From Candidatus Providencia siddallii (lineage in GTDB: Bacteria; Pseudomonadota; Gammaproteobacteria; Enterobacterales; Enterobacteriaceae), in the NCBI RefSeq assembly GCF_964026685.1, contig NZ_OZ034688.1, forward strand, positions 696,442-720,441: a stretch of 24,000 nt of DNA, given 5' to 3'. Below the pieces are notes generated by a model that worked only from the letters and a program-made list of their open reading frames with translations, was not told the DNA's origin and made no database searches. Position numbers and translations under genes: made by a program. This document shows, piece after piece, positions 1 through 12,431 of this stretch. Positions within the stretch are counted from its first letter, which is position 1. Each line of letters starts with the position of its first letter.

Positions 1-1659
1 AGCTATAACATCACGAATATTATCAGTATCAGTTAACAACATTACTATACGATCTAAACCAAATGCTATACCTGCATGTGGTGGGGCGCCATATTTTAAA
101 GCATCAAGTAAAAATTTAAATTTTAAATTTTGTTCTTTTTTAGAAATTCCTAATATATCAAAAACTATTTCTTGCATTTTAGTATTATTTATACGAACAG
201 AACCTCCACCAATTTCGTATCCATTTATAATTAAATCATAAGATTCTGAAATTACACTTTCTGGTTTTTTTATTAAATCTTTTAATGTTATTTTTTTTGG
301 AGCAGTAAAAGGGTGATGCACAGATGTAAAAGTATTTTTTATATCATTTTTAAACATTGGAAAATCAACAATCCATAATGGACGCCAACTATCTGTTTTA
401 ATTAATTTTAAATTATATCCTATTTTTTGACGAATCATACTCATTAAATATGATACTTCATTATATTCACCAATACTAAAAAAAAGTATATCTCCATTTA
501 TTGCAGATGTACAATTTATTATTGTTTTTAAAAAATCAATATTTAAAAATTTAAAAACTGAACTTTGAATACCCTTTAATCCTTTACTACAATCATTTAT
601 TTTTATCCATCCAAATATATCAACATTATCAACAAAAATAACTTTAATAAAATCATTAAGTTGTTTATTAGTTAATAAAAAACTACCAGAAATTTTTAAT
701 GCTACACCACATTTTTCAATATTATTTTTTAATTTCAAAAACGTTGTATGTTCAAAATATTTTATAGAATCATATATATCAATTAATTCAATAGGATTAC
801 GTAAATCTGGTTTATCTGTACCGTAACGCTTCATAACTTCAGCATATGTCATCACTGGGAATACACCTAAATCAATATTTTTAAATTTAAACCATAAACT
901 ACAAATCATATATTCCATTATTTTAATAATATTTTTTGATGTAATAAAAGATGCTTCAACATCAATTTGAGTAAATTCAGGTTGACGATCAGAACGTAAA
1001 TCTTCATCGCGAAAACATTTTGCAATCTGATAATAACGATCAACACCAGAAATCATTAATATTTGTTTTAATATTTGAGGTGATTGTGGTAATGCATAAA
1101 ATTTACCTTTATATATACGACTAGGCACTATATAATCTCTAGCTCCTTCTGGGGTTGATTTACTAAGTATTGGTGTTTCAATATTTAAAAAACCATTTTC
1201 ATCCATAAACTTATGTATAAAATTAGTAATTTTTGAACGAATATATAATCGTTTAAACATTTCTGGACGACGAAGATCTAAATATCTATATTTTAAACGA
1301 TTTTCTTCCATATTGATTTGATTATTATCTAACGGTAAAGGATCTGATTTATTAAATACTTCAATATTTTCAGCAAATATTTCAATTTCTCCTGTATTAG
1401 TATTTTTATTTTGTTGATGTTTTTTACGAATACGTACAGTACCAATAATTTTTATACAAAATTCATTACGTAAGTCAACAGCTTTTTTAAATAATTCATT
1501 ATTTTTTGAATCAAAAAAAACTTGTACTATACCTTCTCGATCACGTAAATTAATAAAAATTAACTTGCCTAAATTACGATAAGAATCTACCCATCCACAA
1601 ACTATAACTTTTTGACCATCATTATTTATATTTAAATGTCCACAATAATTAGTACGCAT
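1..1659 (-). CDS. aspS: Aspartate--tRNA ligase, N-terminal 553 codons; the C-terminus runs off the left window edge
   Basis: Absent from the ORF track because the frame is open to the window edge. My hand translation of the minus strand from the ATG at 1659-1657 is unbroken: MRTNYCGHLNINNDGQKVIVCGWVDSYRNLGKLIFINLRDREGIVQVFF...QIAKCFRDEDLRSDRQPEFTQIDVE...SYDLIINGYEIGGGSVRI...YGAPPHAGIAFGLDRIVMLLTD. This shows the OB-fold N-terminus and class II motifs typical of bacterial AspRS. An AGGA element lies about 6 nt upstream of the ATG. Confidence 0.93.
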   Translation of the reverse strand, partial: MRTNYCGHLNINNDGQKVIVCGWVDSYRNLGKLIFINLRDREGIVQVFFDSKNNELFKKAVDLRNEFCIKIIGTVRIRKKHQQNKNTNTGEIEIFAENIEVFNKSDPLPLDNNQINMEENRLKYRYLDLRRPEMFKRLYIRSKITNFIHKFMDENGFLNIETPILSKSTPEGARDYIVPSRIYKGKFYALPQSPQILKQILMISGVDRYYQIAKCFRDEDLRSDRQPEFTQIDVEASFITSKNIIKIMEYMICSLWFKFKNIDLGVFPVMTYAEVMKRYGTDKPDLRNPIELIDIYDSIKYFEHTTFLKLKNNIEKCGVALKISGSFLLTNKQLNDFIKVIFVDNVDIFGWIKINDCSKGLKGIQSSVFKFLNIDFLKTIINCTSAINGDILFFSIGEYNEVSYLMSMIRQKIGYNLKLIKTDSWRPLWIVDFPMFKNDIKNTFTSVHHPFTAPKKITLKDLIKKPESVISESYDLIINGYEIGGGSVRINNTKMQEIVFDILGISKKEQNLKFKFLLDALKYGAPPHAGIAFGLDRIVMLLTDTDNIRDVIA

Positions 1660-1896
1660 TTATTTTCCTATAAATATTTTTTAAAAAATCAAAAAAAATT
1701 TTATATATAATTAAAAAATATTTTTTTATTTAACTTAAATAAATAAAATAAAATTATTCTTAAAAATATAATTTTACAAAATTTTATTATAAAAATATAT
1801 TAAACACAAAAATTTTATAAAAATTTTTATATAAAAAATAAAATTAATGTTTTATAATAGAATTATTTATACATGTTAATTTTATATAAAATTTAA

Positions 1897-3627
1897 ATGA
1901 ATATTCATTATATACTTTCAAATAAAATAACCAAAGCATTACATTCTTTTGGAGCTCCAAAAGAATGTAATGCTTTGGTTGTTCGTCAAATATCAAAAAA
2001 ACATATTGATTATCAAGCAAATGGTATTATAAACGCAGCAAAAAAAATGAATATATGCCCACAAGAATTAGCTAAAAAAGTTATTAGCAAATTAAATCTA
2101 AAAGATATTGTAAGTAAAATAGAAATTAGCGGAAAAGGATTCATAAATATAAAACTTAATTCATTTTGGATAGCTAAACAAGCTGAAAAAGCATTAATTA
2201 ATAATAAACTTGGAATATCAAAAATAAAACCAGAAATTATAATTATAGATTATTCATCTCCTAACATAGCAAAACAAATGCACGTAGGTCATTTACGTTC
2301 AACTATTATTGGTGATGCAATGGCGCGTACTTTAGAATTTATAGGCCATAAAGTTATTCGTGCTAATCATATTGGCGATTGGGGTACTCATTTTGGTATG
2401 TTAATAGCATATCTTGAAAAATTACAAAATAAAAATTACAATAATTTTTTACTTACTAATCTTGACGAATTTTATAAAAAAGCAAAAAAAAAATACGATG
2501 AAGATGAAAACTTTGCAAAAAAATCTCGTATGTACGTAGTAAAACTTCAATCTGGTGATAAATATTGCATTGAAATGTGGCAAAAACTAGTAAATATTAC
2601 AATTGAACAAAATCAAAAAATTTATTATAGACTTAATATAACATTAACTAAAAATGATATAATGGGTGAAAGTTTATATAAAGACATGCTACCTGAAATT
2701 ATCTCGGATTTAAAATCTAAAGGAATAGCAATTGAAAATAATGGTGCAATAGTTGTTTTTCTTGATGATTTTAAAAATAAACACGGAAAAACTATGGGTG
2801 TTATTATTCAAAAAAAAGACGGAGCTTTTTTATATACAACAACTGATATTGCTTGTATAAAATACAGATACGAAAAATTACATGCAAATCGATTATTATA
2901 TTATATAGATTCACGTCAACATCAACATCTAATTCAAGCTTGGACAATAGCAAAAAAAGCTAATTATATTCCTGATTCAATAAAACTTGAACATCATATG
3001 TTCGGAATGATTTTAAACAAAGATAAAAAACCATTTAAAACAAGATCAGGAACAACAATTTCTTTAACTAGTTTATTGGATGAAGCAATTAAACGAGCAA
3101 AAAATATAATTTATAAAAAAAAACCAAATATAAACAAAAGAAATTTATCATATCTATCTAACATTATAGGTATTGGGGCTATCAAATATTCTGATTTATC
3201 AAAAAATCGAATAACAAATTATATTTTTAATTGGGATAATATGCTTTCTTTTAATGGAAATACCGCACCATATATGCAATATGCATATACTCGCATTGCA
3301 TCAATTTTTAAAAAAGGTAATATTAAAAAAAAAGAACTAACCTTACCTATTTTTTTAAATTCATCGTATGAAATTGCTTTAGCAACACGTTTAATCCAAT
3401 TTGAAGAAACTATTTTTTTAGTTGCAAATGAAGGAACACCTCATATTATGTGTTCATATTTATATGATATAGCAGGATTATTTTCAAAATTTTATGAAAA
3501 TTGTCCTATTTTATCAGAAAAAAATAAAAATCAACGTCAAAGCAGATTAAAACTTGCACTTTTAACACAAAAAACATTAAAAATTGGATTAGATACACTA
3601 GGCATTAAAACTGTAAACAATATGTAA
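1897..3627 (+). CDS. argS: Arginine--tRNA ligase
   Basis: 576-aa ORF, near-colinear with E. coli ArgRS (577 aa, from memory). Shared segments include the MNI... start, DYQANG, the HIGH-type [13 protein letters not shown] motif, [54 protein letters not shown] and [17 protein letters not shown] stop. Confidence 0.97.
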   Translation: MNIHYILSNKITKALHSFGAPKECNALVVRQISKKHIDYQANGIINAAKKMNICPQELAKKVISKLNLKDIVSKIEISGKGFINIKLNSFWIAKQAEKALINNKLGISKIKPEIIIIDYSSPNIAKQMHVGHLRSTIIGDAMARTLEFIGHKVIRANHIGDWGTHFGMLIAYLEKLQNKNYNNFLLTNLDEFYKKAKKKYDEDENFAKKSRMYVVKLQSGDKYCIEMWQKLVNITIEQNQKIYYRLNITLTKNDIMGESLYKDMLPEIISDLKSKGIAIENNGAIVVFLDDFKNKHGKTMGVIIQKKDGAFLYTTTDIACIKYRYEKLHANRLLYYIDSRQHQHLIQAWTIAKKANYIPDSIKLEHHMFGMILNKDKKPFKTRSGTTISLTSLLDEAIKRAKNIIYKKKPNINKRNLSYLSNIIGIGAIKYSDLSKNRITNYIFNWDNMLSFNGNTAPYMQYAYTRIASIFKKGNIKKKELTLPIFLNSSYEIALATRLIQFEETIFLVANEGTPHIMCSYLYDIAGLFSKFYENCPILSEKNKNQRQSRLKLALLTQKTLKIGLDTLGIKTVNNM

Positions 3628-3661
3628 TTTATAATAAAATATATATAAATTTTATTATAAA
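3628..3661. terminator. Perfect 13-bp all-A/T hairpin filling the 41-nt gap between the convergent argS and murJ stops; candidate bidirectional terminator
   Basis: TTTATAATAAAAT (3628-3640) pairs perfectly with ATTTTATTATAAA (3649-3661) around an 8-nt loop. It starts directly after the argS TAA and ends 7 nt before the murJ stop codon. The stem has no G:C pairs, so stability and function are uncertain. Confidence 0.3.
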
Positions 3662-3668
3662 ATATCAA

Positions 3669-5207
3669 TTATTTTATATTAAGTTTTATAAAACTTAAAA
3701 ATCTAAAACCTAATATAAACAATGTAATAAAATAACTTATTCCACCAATAAAAATTACTAAAAATAAATAAAACATTCTTATTAACATACCTTTTTCATA
3801 TATAAAAGGTATACAATCTATCATAATAGATAAAACAGATCCCATAACAAATAAAGCTATTAATAATTTTAAAAAAAATATTTTCCATCCAAATAAAGGT
3901 TTATATATTTTTTGTTTTAATAATTGCCAATACAAAAGACCAGCATTAAAACATGCTGCTACACCTGTAGAAAGAGCAAGGCCAACATGTTGTAATTTTA
4001 TAACAAATATTAAATTCATCAATTGAGTTAAAATTAATGTAAAAATAGCTATTTTTACAGGAGTAACTGTATCCTGCCTAGAATAAAAACCAGGAGCTAA
4101 TATTTTAACTAAAATAATTCCTGTTAATCCTATACAATATGCAATTAAAGCATATTGCGTCATTAATGAATCATAAGCAGTAAAATTACTATATTGAAAT
4201 AATGATATAATTAATATTTTAGATAAAATAGCTAAACCTAATGCGCACGGCAAAGTTAATAATAAACATAAACGCAAACTCCAATCTATTAATTGATGAT
4301 ATTCAATTTTATTATTATTAATAAAACTTTTAGTTAATAAAGGTAATAAAATAGTACTAATCGCAACACCTAAAATACCTGAAGGTAATTCCATTAATCT
4401 ATCTGCATAATACATCCATGAAATTGAACCAGGTTGTAAAAATGAAGCAAATATTGTATTTATAATTAATGAAATTTGCGCAACAGATACCCCAATAATA
4501 GCTGGCCACATCATTTTTATAACCCTAAAAACACCTTGATTTTTAAATGAAAAACGTGGTAAAACTAACATACCAATTTTTTTAAGATAAGGTAATTGAT
4601 ATAAAAATTGTAATAAACCTCCAAATAATACTGACCATCCCAACGCTATAATTGGTGGATTAAAAAATGATGTTGCAAAAATAGAAAATACAATCATACA
4701 AATATTTAATAATGTTGGGGTAAAAGCTGGCACTAAAAAACGATTCCAAATATTAAGAATTGCACCAACAAGAGCACTTAACGAAATAAAAAAAATATAA
4801 GGAAATGTAATACGTAATAATTTTATTGTTAATTCATATTTATTTAAATATTTACTAATACCTGGCGCTGCAAGATAAATTATTCAAGGAGCACTAATAA
4901 ATCCAATAAAAGTTACAATTGAAAGAACTAAAGTTAACATTCCAGCAATATAAGAAATAAAAATACGAGTAGCTTCCTTTCCTTTTTTATTTTTATATTC
5001 AGTAAGTATTGGGATAAATGCTTGAGAAAAAGCCCCTTCAGCAAAAATTCTACGTAATAAATTAGGAAGTTTGAATGCTATAAAAAAAGCATCCGCTGCC
5101 TCCCCAGCACCAAATATTCTAGCAATTATAGCATCACGAATAAATCCAAAAATTCTAGACATTATCGTCATAAAACTAATTTTTGTTAATATTTTAAATA
5201 AATTCAT
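3669..5207 (-). CDS. murJ: Lipid II flippase MurJ (MviN), 512 aa if the single in-frame TGA at 4884-4886 is read as Trp
   Basis: ORF-track fragments 4884..5207 and 3669..4733 are in the same frame, and the stretch between them has no other stop. My translation across the junction is ...[68 protein letters not shown]... The E. coli MurJ sequence from memory is ...MLAAPWVIMVTAPGF...[39 protein letters not shown]. The N-terminus [35 protein letters not shown] also matches. Length is 512 aa versus 511 in E. coli. TAA stop. Confidence 0.9.
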
Positions 5208-5795
5208 AATTTATAATTCTAAAAATTAATATATCAAATAATAAATAGTTATTTATATTAAATAAATAAAACAAAATATTAAAAATAAAAAAAATATACT
5301 AAATATTTTTTTTAAAATTAATTAAATTAATTTTTAATAATTATATTTTCTTTAAAAAAAATAATTTTACATTTATTTTTTAAAACATAATTAATTATTA
5401 TATTTTATATTTTTGTAATTTTTACAATATTTTATTAATTAATAATATAATATATTTTTATTTAATTATTTAACTATTAAATTTTAATTCTTTTAAAAAA
5501 AATATTATAAATATAATACTATTAATAAAATAAAATTATTTAAATATATAAATAACTTTAATTTATACTATTTTAAAAAAATATAATATATTATCTATAA
5601 AAATTAAAACTTTTTAAAAAAATTACTACTTAAATTATAAATTTTGTTTATCTTTTTATTTTATATAATATTATTTATTTAATATTTTTATTAAATTAAT
5701 ACTTAACTCATATAACTAAATATTAATTGTATAAAAACTAAACATAATATATATTATAAAAATTAAATATATATTATATTTTACTTTAAATATAT

Positions 5796-5880
5796 GGTGA
5801 GATGTCCGAGAGGATGAAGGAGCACGTTTGGAAAATGTGTATACTAAAATGTATCGAGGGTTCAAATCCCTCTCTCACCG
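5796..5880 (+). tRNA. tRNA-Ser (anticodon GGA), type II with long variable arm; no encoded CCA
   Basis: The acceptor GGTGAGA pairs with TCTCACC and is followed by discriminator G. The anticodon stem is CACGT/ATGTG with loop TTGGAAA, giving anticodon GGA. The long variable arm is TATACTAAAATGTATC. The T arm is GAGGG-TTCAAAT-CCCTC. The downstream sequence is CAT, not CCA. Confidence 0.93.
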
Positions 5881-6192
5881 CATGAAATAAAATTAATTTT
5901 TTTAAAAATAAAAAAAACAAAAAATATTTTTATAAAAAATAAAATATTACAAATTATTATTAATAATATTCATTATATGTATATATTATAAATTATTATA
6001 TAAATATAAATAAAATAAACATAAATAATATTTTATTATAAAAAATTTTAATATATTAAATATTTCCTATTAAAATTATATTAACAATAAATATAATTTT
6101 ATAAAAAAATACTTTTTTACAAAATTATCTATTTTTATAAAACAAATATAAAAAATAATAGATTTTTAAAAATCTAAAAATAAAAATAAAAT

Positions 6193-7101
<909 letters not shown>

Positions 7102-7334
7102 TTAAAAAACAAAAAAACTTAATTTAATAAAACTATTAATATTTAATTAATATAATTATATTATTTTAATTATAAATTACTTAATTAATAAAATAATTAT
7201 TTTATAAAAAAATATACTAATTTTAGTTAAAAATACTATTTATTAAATAATTAATAATTAAGTTCAATTTTTTATAAAATATTTGCTATATTTTAAAAAT
7301 AAATATTTTACCCAAAAAAATCTTAACTGTTTTA

Positions 7335-8165
7335 TTATATATATTGAGCTAATGAAACTCTATCGCATTTACTATAATCAACACATGTTTTAATATTACT
7401 ATATCCATAAAACTTAAATAAATTACGTACAGACAAACCTTGCTTATAACCATGTTCAAGAATTACCCATCCATATTTTTTTAAATATTTTTTAGATTGT
7501 TTAATAATATAAGCTAAATTTGACATACCATTATCATATGCTACTAATGCAATAATAGGTTCAAATCTTAAATCACCTTTTTTTAAATGAATATCATTTA
7601 TTTTAATATAAGGCGGGTTACTAACGATCATATCAAATCGCTGATATAACAAAGAAGAAAACCAATTACTTTTTAAAAAACATACATTAAATATATTTAA
7701 TCTAAATTGATTCTTTTTCGCTAAATTAATTATTTCATAATTAATATCAACACCAATTATTAAACATTTTGGCAATTCAAAAGCAATTGATAAAGCTATA
7801 ATACCTGTCCCAGTTCCTAAATCTAATATTTTATAACGTTTATTACTTAATCTAATTAAAGCTTGTTCAACTAAACATTCAGTATCCGAACGAGGTATAA
7901 GTGTAACCGGTGACACATAAAATGATAAAGACCAAAATTCATATTCTCCAATAATATAAGCAATTGGTTCTCCCTTTTCTCTTCTTTGTAAGAATAACTC
8001 AAGAGTTTTATATTCATTTATTGTCAATTTTATTTCATTAAAAGCAAAAATATAAGCATAATTATAATTAGTTACATATTTCAAAAGAATTTCAACATCT
8101 TTTATTGCAGTATTACTAAAACTTAACCTTATTGTTGCTTGTTTTATCCAATCTATACATTTCAT
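7335..8165 (-). CDS. prmC: Release factor glutamine N5-methyltransferase PrmC (HemK)
   Basis: 276-aa ORF with the SAM-binding motif LDLGTGTGIIALS and the catalytic NPPY motif (VSNPPYIKI). It lies immediately downstream of prfA, as in E. coli. Its ATG overlaps the prfA TAA by 1 nt (TAATG at 8167-8163). TAA stop. Confidence 0.93.
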   Translation of the reverse strand: MKCIDWIKQATIRLSFSNTAIKDVEILLKYVTNYNYAYIFAFNEIKLTINEYKTLELFLQRREKGEPIAYIIGEYEFWSLSFYVSPVTLIPRSDTECLVEQALIRLSNKRYKILDLGTGTGIIALSIAFELPKCLIIGVDINYEIINLAKKNQFRLNIFNVCFLKSNWFSSLLYQRFDMIVSNPPYIKINDIHLKKGDLRFEPIIALVAYDNGMSNLAYIIKQSKKYLKKYGWVILEHGYKQGLSVRNLFKFYGYSNIKTCVDYSKCDRVSLAQYI

Positions 8166-9244
8166 TAATTTTCTAACAATTCCATTAATTTATCTGTTTG
8201 ATATTCATCAATGATAGGACTAATTAATAAATCTAATTTTCCAGACATAATCTCATTTAAAGAATATAATGTTAAATTAATACGATGATCAGTAATTCGC
8301 CCTTGATGAAAATTATACGTACGAATACGATCTGAACGCGAACCTGATCCTAATAAATTACGCCGTTCAGAATCTTTAATTAATTGTCTTTTATCTTTTT
8401 CTGCTTGATAAATACGTGCAGCTAATACAGACATAGCTTTAGATTTGTTTTTATGTTGAGAGCGTTCATCTTGACATTCAACAACAATACCACTTGGCAT
8501 ATGTGTAATACGTATCGCAGAATCTGTAGTATTAACATGTTGACCACCTGCTCCAGATGATCTAAACGTATCTATACGTAAATCAGATAAATTAATTTTT
8601 GGAGACTCTATTTCTGATAGCTCAGGTAAAATTGCCACAGTACATGTAGAAGTATGAATTCTACCTTGAGATTCAGTTTCCGGAACTCGTTGAACTCTAT
8701 GTCCACCTGATTCAAATTTTAATTTACCATAAACATTATCTCCTAAAATTTTTATTATAACTTCCTTAAAACCACCATGTTCTCCATGTTGAAAACTCAT
8801 TAATTCAATTTTCCAATTTTTGTTTTCAGCAAAACGAGTATACATACGAAATAAATCACCAGCAAAAATAGCAGCTTCAGATCCTCCTGAACAAGCTCTG
8901 ATTTCTAAAAAACAATTGTTTTCATCATTTATATCATTTGACGTTAAAAATAACTTAAGTTGTTTTTCGATATTTTTATTTTTTATTTTTAATTCTATTA
9001 ATTCTTCTTGTGCAATTGTTTTTAATTCAAAATCATTTAACATTGTTTCTACTACTTTTATGTCTTCCTGTAAACTATTCCACCTCTTAATATATCTTAT
9101 TATATTAGATATTTTAGAATACTCCATTGATAATTCACGAAAACGATATTGATCTGATATAATATTAGTATCAATAAGTTTTTTTTCAATTATATTATAT
9201 CGTTCTTGAAGCACTTTTAATTTTTCTTTTATAGAAAATTTCAT
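8165..9244 (-). CDS. prfA: Peptide chain release factor 1 (RF1, reads UAA/UAG)
   Basis: 359-aa ORF colinear with E. coli RF1. The GGQ motif is present ([21 protein letters not shown]). The RF1-type PxT recognition tripeptide occurs in [16 protein letters not shown]; E. coli has PAT. There is no RF2-type SPF motif and no RF2-style frameshift site. TAA stop. Confidence 0.96.
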   Translation of the reverse strand: MKFSIKEKLKVLQERYNIIEKKLIDTNIISDQYRFRELSMEYSKISNIIRYIKRWNSLQEDIKVVETMLNDFELKTIAQEELIELKIKNKNIEKQLKLFLTSNDINDENNCFLEIRACSGGSEAAIFAGDLFRMYTRFAENKNWKIELMSFQHGEHGGFKEVIIKILGDNVYGKLKFESGGHRVQRVPETESQGRIHTSTCTVAILPELSEIESPKINLSDLRIDTFRSSGAGGQHVNTTDSAIRITHMPSGIVVECQDERSQHKNKSKAMSVLAARIYQAEKDKRQLIKDSERRNLLGSGSRSDRIRTYNFHQGRITDHRINLTLYSLNEIMSGKLDLLISPIIDEYQTDKLMELLEN

Positions 9245-9607
9245 TAGTTATACAAAACCCACAAGAATAAATTATTATATAACAATAGTAATTTATTATA
9301 AATAATAATATAATCAATACAATTATATAAACTTATAATTATTTATAAAAAAAATAAATCTAATAATTATTAATAATATCTTTATTTATTTAAATTTTAT
9401 ATTGAATTATATATTTATTTTGAGTAAAATAAAATCAAAATTACTATTAAATATACAAAAAATATAATTTAAAAATATTAAACATAAAAAAACTGAATTA
9501 TTTTTAATAATTATTAAAAAATAAAAAAATATATTAATTAATATATAAATTATATGTAATCATTTTAATTAATATATAATAAAAACAATATGCATATTTT
9601 AAGATAA

Positions 9608-10693
9608 TTATACATTAAATAAAAATTTTAAAATATCACCATCTTTAACAATATAATTTTTACCTTCCAATCGCATTTTTCCTGCATTTTTTGCTCCATT
9701 TTCTCCAGAAAACTTAACAAAATCATTAAATGCAATAACTTGTACACGTATAAAACCTTTTACAAAATCACTGTGAATTTTACTAGCTGCTTGTAAAGCA
9801 GTCGAACCGACACATATTGTCCATGCACGTACTTCATTTTTTCCAACAGTAAAATAAGTTTGTAAATTTAATAATTTATATCCTGCACTTATAATTTTAT
9901 CTAAATCTTCTTTAACATAAAAATCAAAAAAATTTTTTTTATTTTCTTTTTCGTTAAAATTGACTATATTTTTTTTTATTGAAGCACATATAGGTATTAC
10001 AACAGAATTTTCAAGATTAGCAATATTATAAATTTCATCTAAATATTTTTTTTTAAAATAATTCTTATCAATATTAGCAATATACATTGTTGGTTTTAAT
10101 GTTAAAAAATTTAAATAATTAATAATTAATTTATTTTCTAAAGACAAATTGATCGTACGTAAAAGTTTATTTTTTTCTAAATGAAACAAACATTTCATTA
10201 ATACATCTAATTCAATTTCTATATTTTTTTTATTATTTTTTTTATTATTTTTTATACGATTAATTGCACGTTCACAAATATTAATATCTTCTAATATTAA
10301 CTCTGTATTTACTATATTAATATCATTTAATGGATTTATACAACCATTAATATGAATTATATTATTATCATCAAAACATCTAACAACATGAATGATCGCT
10401 TCAGTTGTTCTAATATGAGATAAAAAATAATTACCAAGCCCTTCACCTTTAGATGCATTTTTTACTAAACCGGCTATATCTACAAATTCCATAGTAGTTG
10501 ATATAATACGTTTTGACTTTACAATTTTAGCTAATTTAATAAGACGAGGTTCTGAAACAAATACAACACCATTGTTTGGTTCAATTGTAGAAAAAGGAAA
10601 ATTAGCAACTTCAATCGATGATTTAGTTAATGCATTAAATAATGTAGATTTTCCAACATTAGGAAGACCAATAATACCACATTTAAATCCCAT
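9608..10693 (-). CDS. ychF: Ribosome-binding ATPase YchF (Obg-family GTPase-like)
   Basis: 361-aa ORF with the P-loop [18 protein letters not shown], the [17 protein letters not shown] segment and the C-terminal TGS-like end [21 protein letters not shown]. It lies directly downstream of pth, as in E. coli. Confidence 0.95.
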   Translation of the reverse strand: MGFKCGIIGLPNVGKSTLFNALTKSSIEVANFPFSTIEPNNGVVFVSEPRLIKLAKIVKSKRIISTTMEFVDIAGLVKNASKGEGLGNYFLSHIRTTEAIIHVVRCFDDNNIIHINGCINPLNDINIVNTELILEDINICERAINRIKNNKKNNKKNIEIELDVLMKCLFHLEKNKLLRTINLSLENKLIINYLNFLTLKPTMYIANIDKNYFKKKYLDEIYNIANLENSVVIPICASIKKNIVNFNEKENKKNFFDFYVKEDLDKIISAGYKLLNLQTYFTVGKNEVRAWTICVGSTALQAASKIHSDFVKGFIRVQVIAFNDFVKFSGENGAKNAGKMRLEGKNYIVKDGDILKFLFNV

Positions 10694-10766
10694 ATCATTT
10701 TACCTTTATTGATAAATTAATATTTATTTTATATTTTTAAATAACACAAATTTAATACTACAAGTA

Positions 10767-11345
10767 TTATAATGCTTTAAAAATACGTGAACAATTAACT
10801 AATTCATTAGATAAAAAAATTTTTGTATAATCAATTACTTTTTTCATTACAATTTTAATTAAATCATTCTCATATTTTGTAGGATTATTTAATACAAAAT
10901 TAACAATATTATTTTTATCTATAGGCCTACCAATTCCAATACGTAATCTATAAAAATTTACACTATTATTAAAATTACTTTTAATGCTTTTTAATCCATT
11001 ATGTCCAGCGAGACTTCCTCCAAATTTTAATTTTATAATTCCAGGTAATAAATCAAGTTCATCATGTGCTATTAAAATTTCATTTATATTAATAGAATAA
11101 AAATTAGCTAATGATATAACAGATATTCCACTTAAATTAACAAAAGTTGTTGGAACCAATAAAAAAACTTTTTTATCACATACATTTATACACGAAGTAA
11201 ATCCAAAAAATTTTTTTTCTTGCTTTAATTTTACATTAAAACTATCTGCCAATAAATTTACGTATAAAGATCCAATATTATGTCTAGTTTTAATATACTT
11301 TAATCCAGGATTTGCAAGTCCTACAATTAATTTTATGTTATTCAT
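10767..11345 (-). CDS. pth: Peptidyl-tRNA hydrolase
   Basis: 192-aa ORF. The N-terminus KLIVGLANPG..Y..TRHNIG contains the catalytic His. AHDELDL and GGSLAGHNGLKSI are also conserved. The size matches E. coli Pth (194 aa). Confidence 0.94.
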   Translation of the reverse strand: MNNIKLIVGLANPGLKYIKTRHNIGSLYVNLLADSFNVKLKQEKKFFGFTSCINVCDKKVFLLVPTTFVNLSGISVISLANFYSININEILIAHDELDLLPGIIKLKFGGSLAGHNGLKSIKSNFNNSVNFYRLRIGIGRPIDKNNIVNFVLNNPTKYENDLIKIVMKKVIDYTKIFLSNELVNCSRIFKAL

Positions 11346-11465
11346 TTTTATTAAAGTAACATTTTTTAAAAAATCTATATTTATATAATAAATTAACTCA
11401 ACATTAAATTAATATTTTTAAAATTTTTATATAAAAATCATATTATTAATAATTTTTAAAATAAT

Positions 11466-12413
11466 TTAATACTTAAACATTGCAGAAATTGATTCTTCAT
11501 TACTAATTCTACGTAATGCCTCAGCAATCATACCAGATAACGATAATATACGCACATTATTAAGCATTTTTATTTCTTTAGAAAGAGGTATTGTGTCACA
11601 AACAACAACTTCATCGATAATCGAATTTTTAATATTTTTCGCAGCATATCCTGAAAATACTGGATGAGTAGCATATGCAAAAACACGTTTTGCCCCACGA
11701 CCTTTTAAGGCTTTAGCAGCATTACATAATGTACTAGCGGTATCAATCATATCATCAATTAAAATACAATCACGATCATAAACATCACCAATAACATGCA
11801 TAACTTGTGAAATATTTGCACGAGGTCTACGTTTATCAATTATAGCCATATCAGTATCATTTAAAAGTTTAGCAATTGCTCTAGCTCGAATTACTCCTCC
11901 GATATCAGGAGATACTATAATTGGATTTTTTAATTTTTTTCGAAAAATATCATCAATTAAAATAGAACTTCCAAAAACATTATCTACAGGAACATCAAAA
12001 AAACCCTGAATTTGTTCTGCATGAAGATCAACAGTAAAAATACGATCAACTCCAACATTAGATAAAAAATCAGCTACAATCTTAGCTGTTATTGGAACAC
12101 GAGCAGAACGAACACGACGATCTTGTCTAGCATAACCAAAATATGGAATTACTGCTGTTATTCTACCAGCAGAAGCTCTACGTAATGCATCAACCATAAC
12201 AATTAATTCCATTAAATTATCATTGGTAGGAGCACAAGTCGATTGTATTACAAAAACATCACTACCACGAACATTTTCATTAACTTGAACACTAATTTCT
12301 CCATCACTAAAACGACCAACAAATACATCCCCAAGATTAATATTCAAATTATTAACAACACGTTGAGCTAATTCTGGGATTGCATTACCAGTAAAAACCT
12401 TTATTTCAGACAC
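11466..12413 (-). CDS. prs: Ribose-phosphate pyrophosphokinase (PRPP synthetase)
   Basis: 315-aa ORF with a GTG start, very similar to E. coli Prs throughout. Shared segments include [80 protein letters not shown] and the PRPP loop [13 protein letters not shown]. Confidence 0.97.
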   Translation of the reverse strand: MSEIKVFTGNAIPELAQRVVNNLNINLGDVFVGRFSDGEISVQVNENVRGSDVFVIQSTCAPTNDNLMELIVMVDALRRASAGRITAVIPYFGYARQDRRVRSARVPITAKIVADFLSNVGVDRIFTVDLHAEQIQGFFDVPVDNVFGSSILIDDIFRKKLKNPIIVSPDIGGVIRARAIAKLLNDTDMAIIDKRRPRANISQVMHVIGDVYDRDCILIDDMIDTASTLCNAAKALKGRGAKRVFAYATHPVFSGYAAKNIKNSIIDEVVVCDTIPLSKEIKMLNNVRILSLSGMIAEALRRISNEESISAMFKY

Positions 12414-12431
12414 ATAAAACCCTTTATTATA

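Noticed and set aside
3669-5207. murJ read as two separate genes, or as a pseudogene killed by a TGG->TGA nonsense mutation (with the same reading for ispE and orn)
   Set aside because: G->A at TGG is the expected mutation under A/T bias, so recent nonsense mutations are a genuine alternative. Against that, all three disruptions are the same codon at a conserved Trp. No gene in the window has any other lesion, such as a frameshift in the many homopolymers or a TAA/TAG nonsense codon. A 404-codon frame also stays open in very A/T-rich DNA. I consider pseudogenisation less likely, but it cannot be excluded without the whole genome.
6014-6036. 23-nt exact repeat AATAAACATAAATAATATTTTAT shared with 17624-17646 (27 nt with one mismatch). 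Both copies lie about 180 nt downstream of a minus-strand gene end (kdsA and mscM)
   Set aside because: For spacers with this two-letter composition, about one match of this length is expected by chance among the spacer pairs in the window. The flanks do not extend the similarity. It is worth a genome-wide k-mer count but not supportable as a repeat family from this window.
8820-9152. 110-aa plus-strand ORF
   Set aside because: It lies entirely antisense within the well-supported prfA gene. Its low-complexity, F/I/S-rich translation has no recognisable motif, so it is a shadow ORF.
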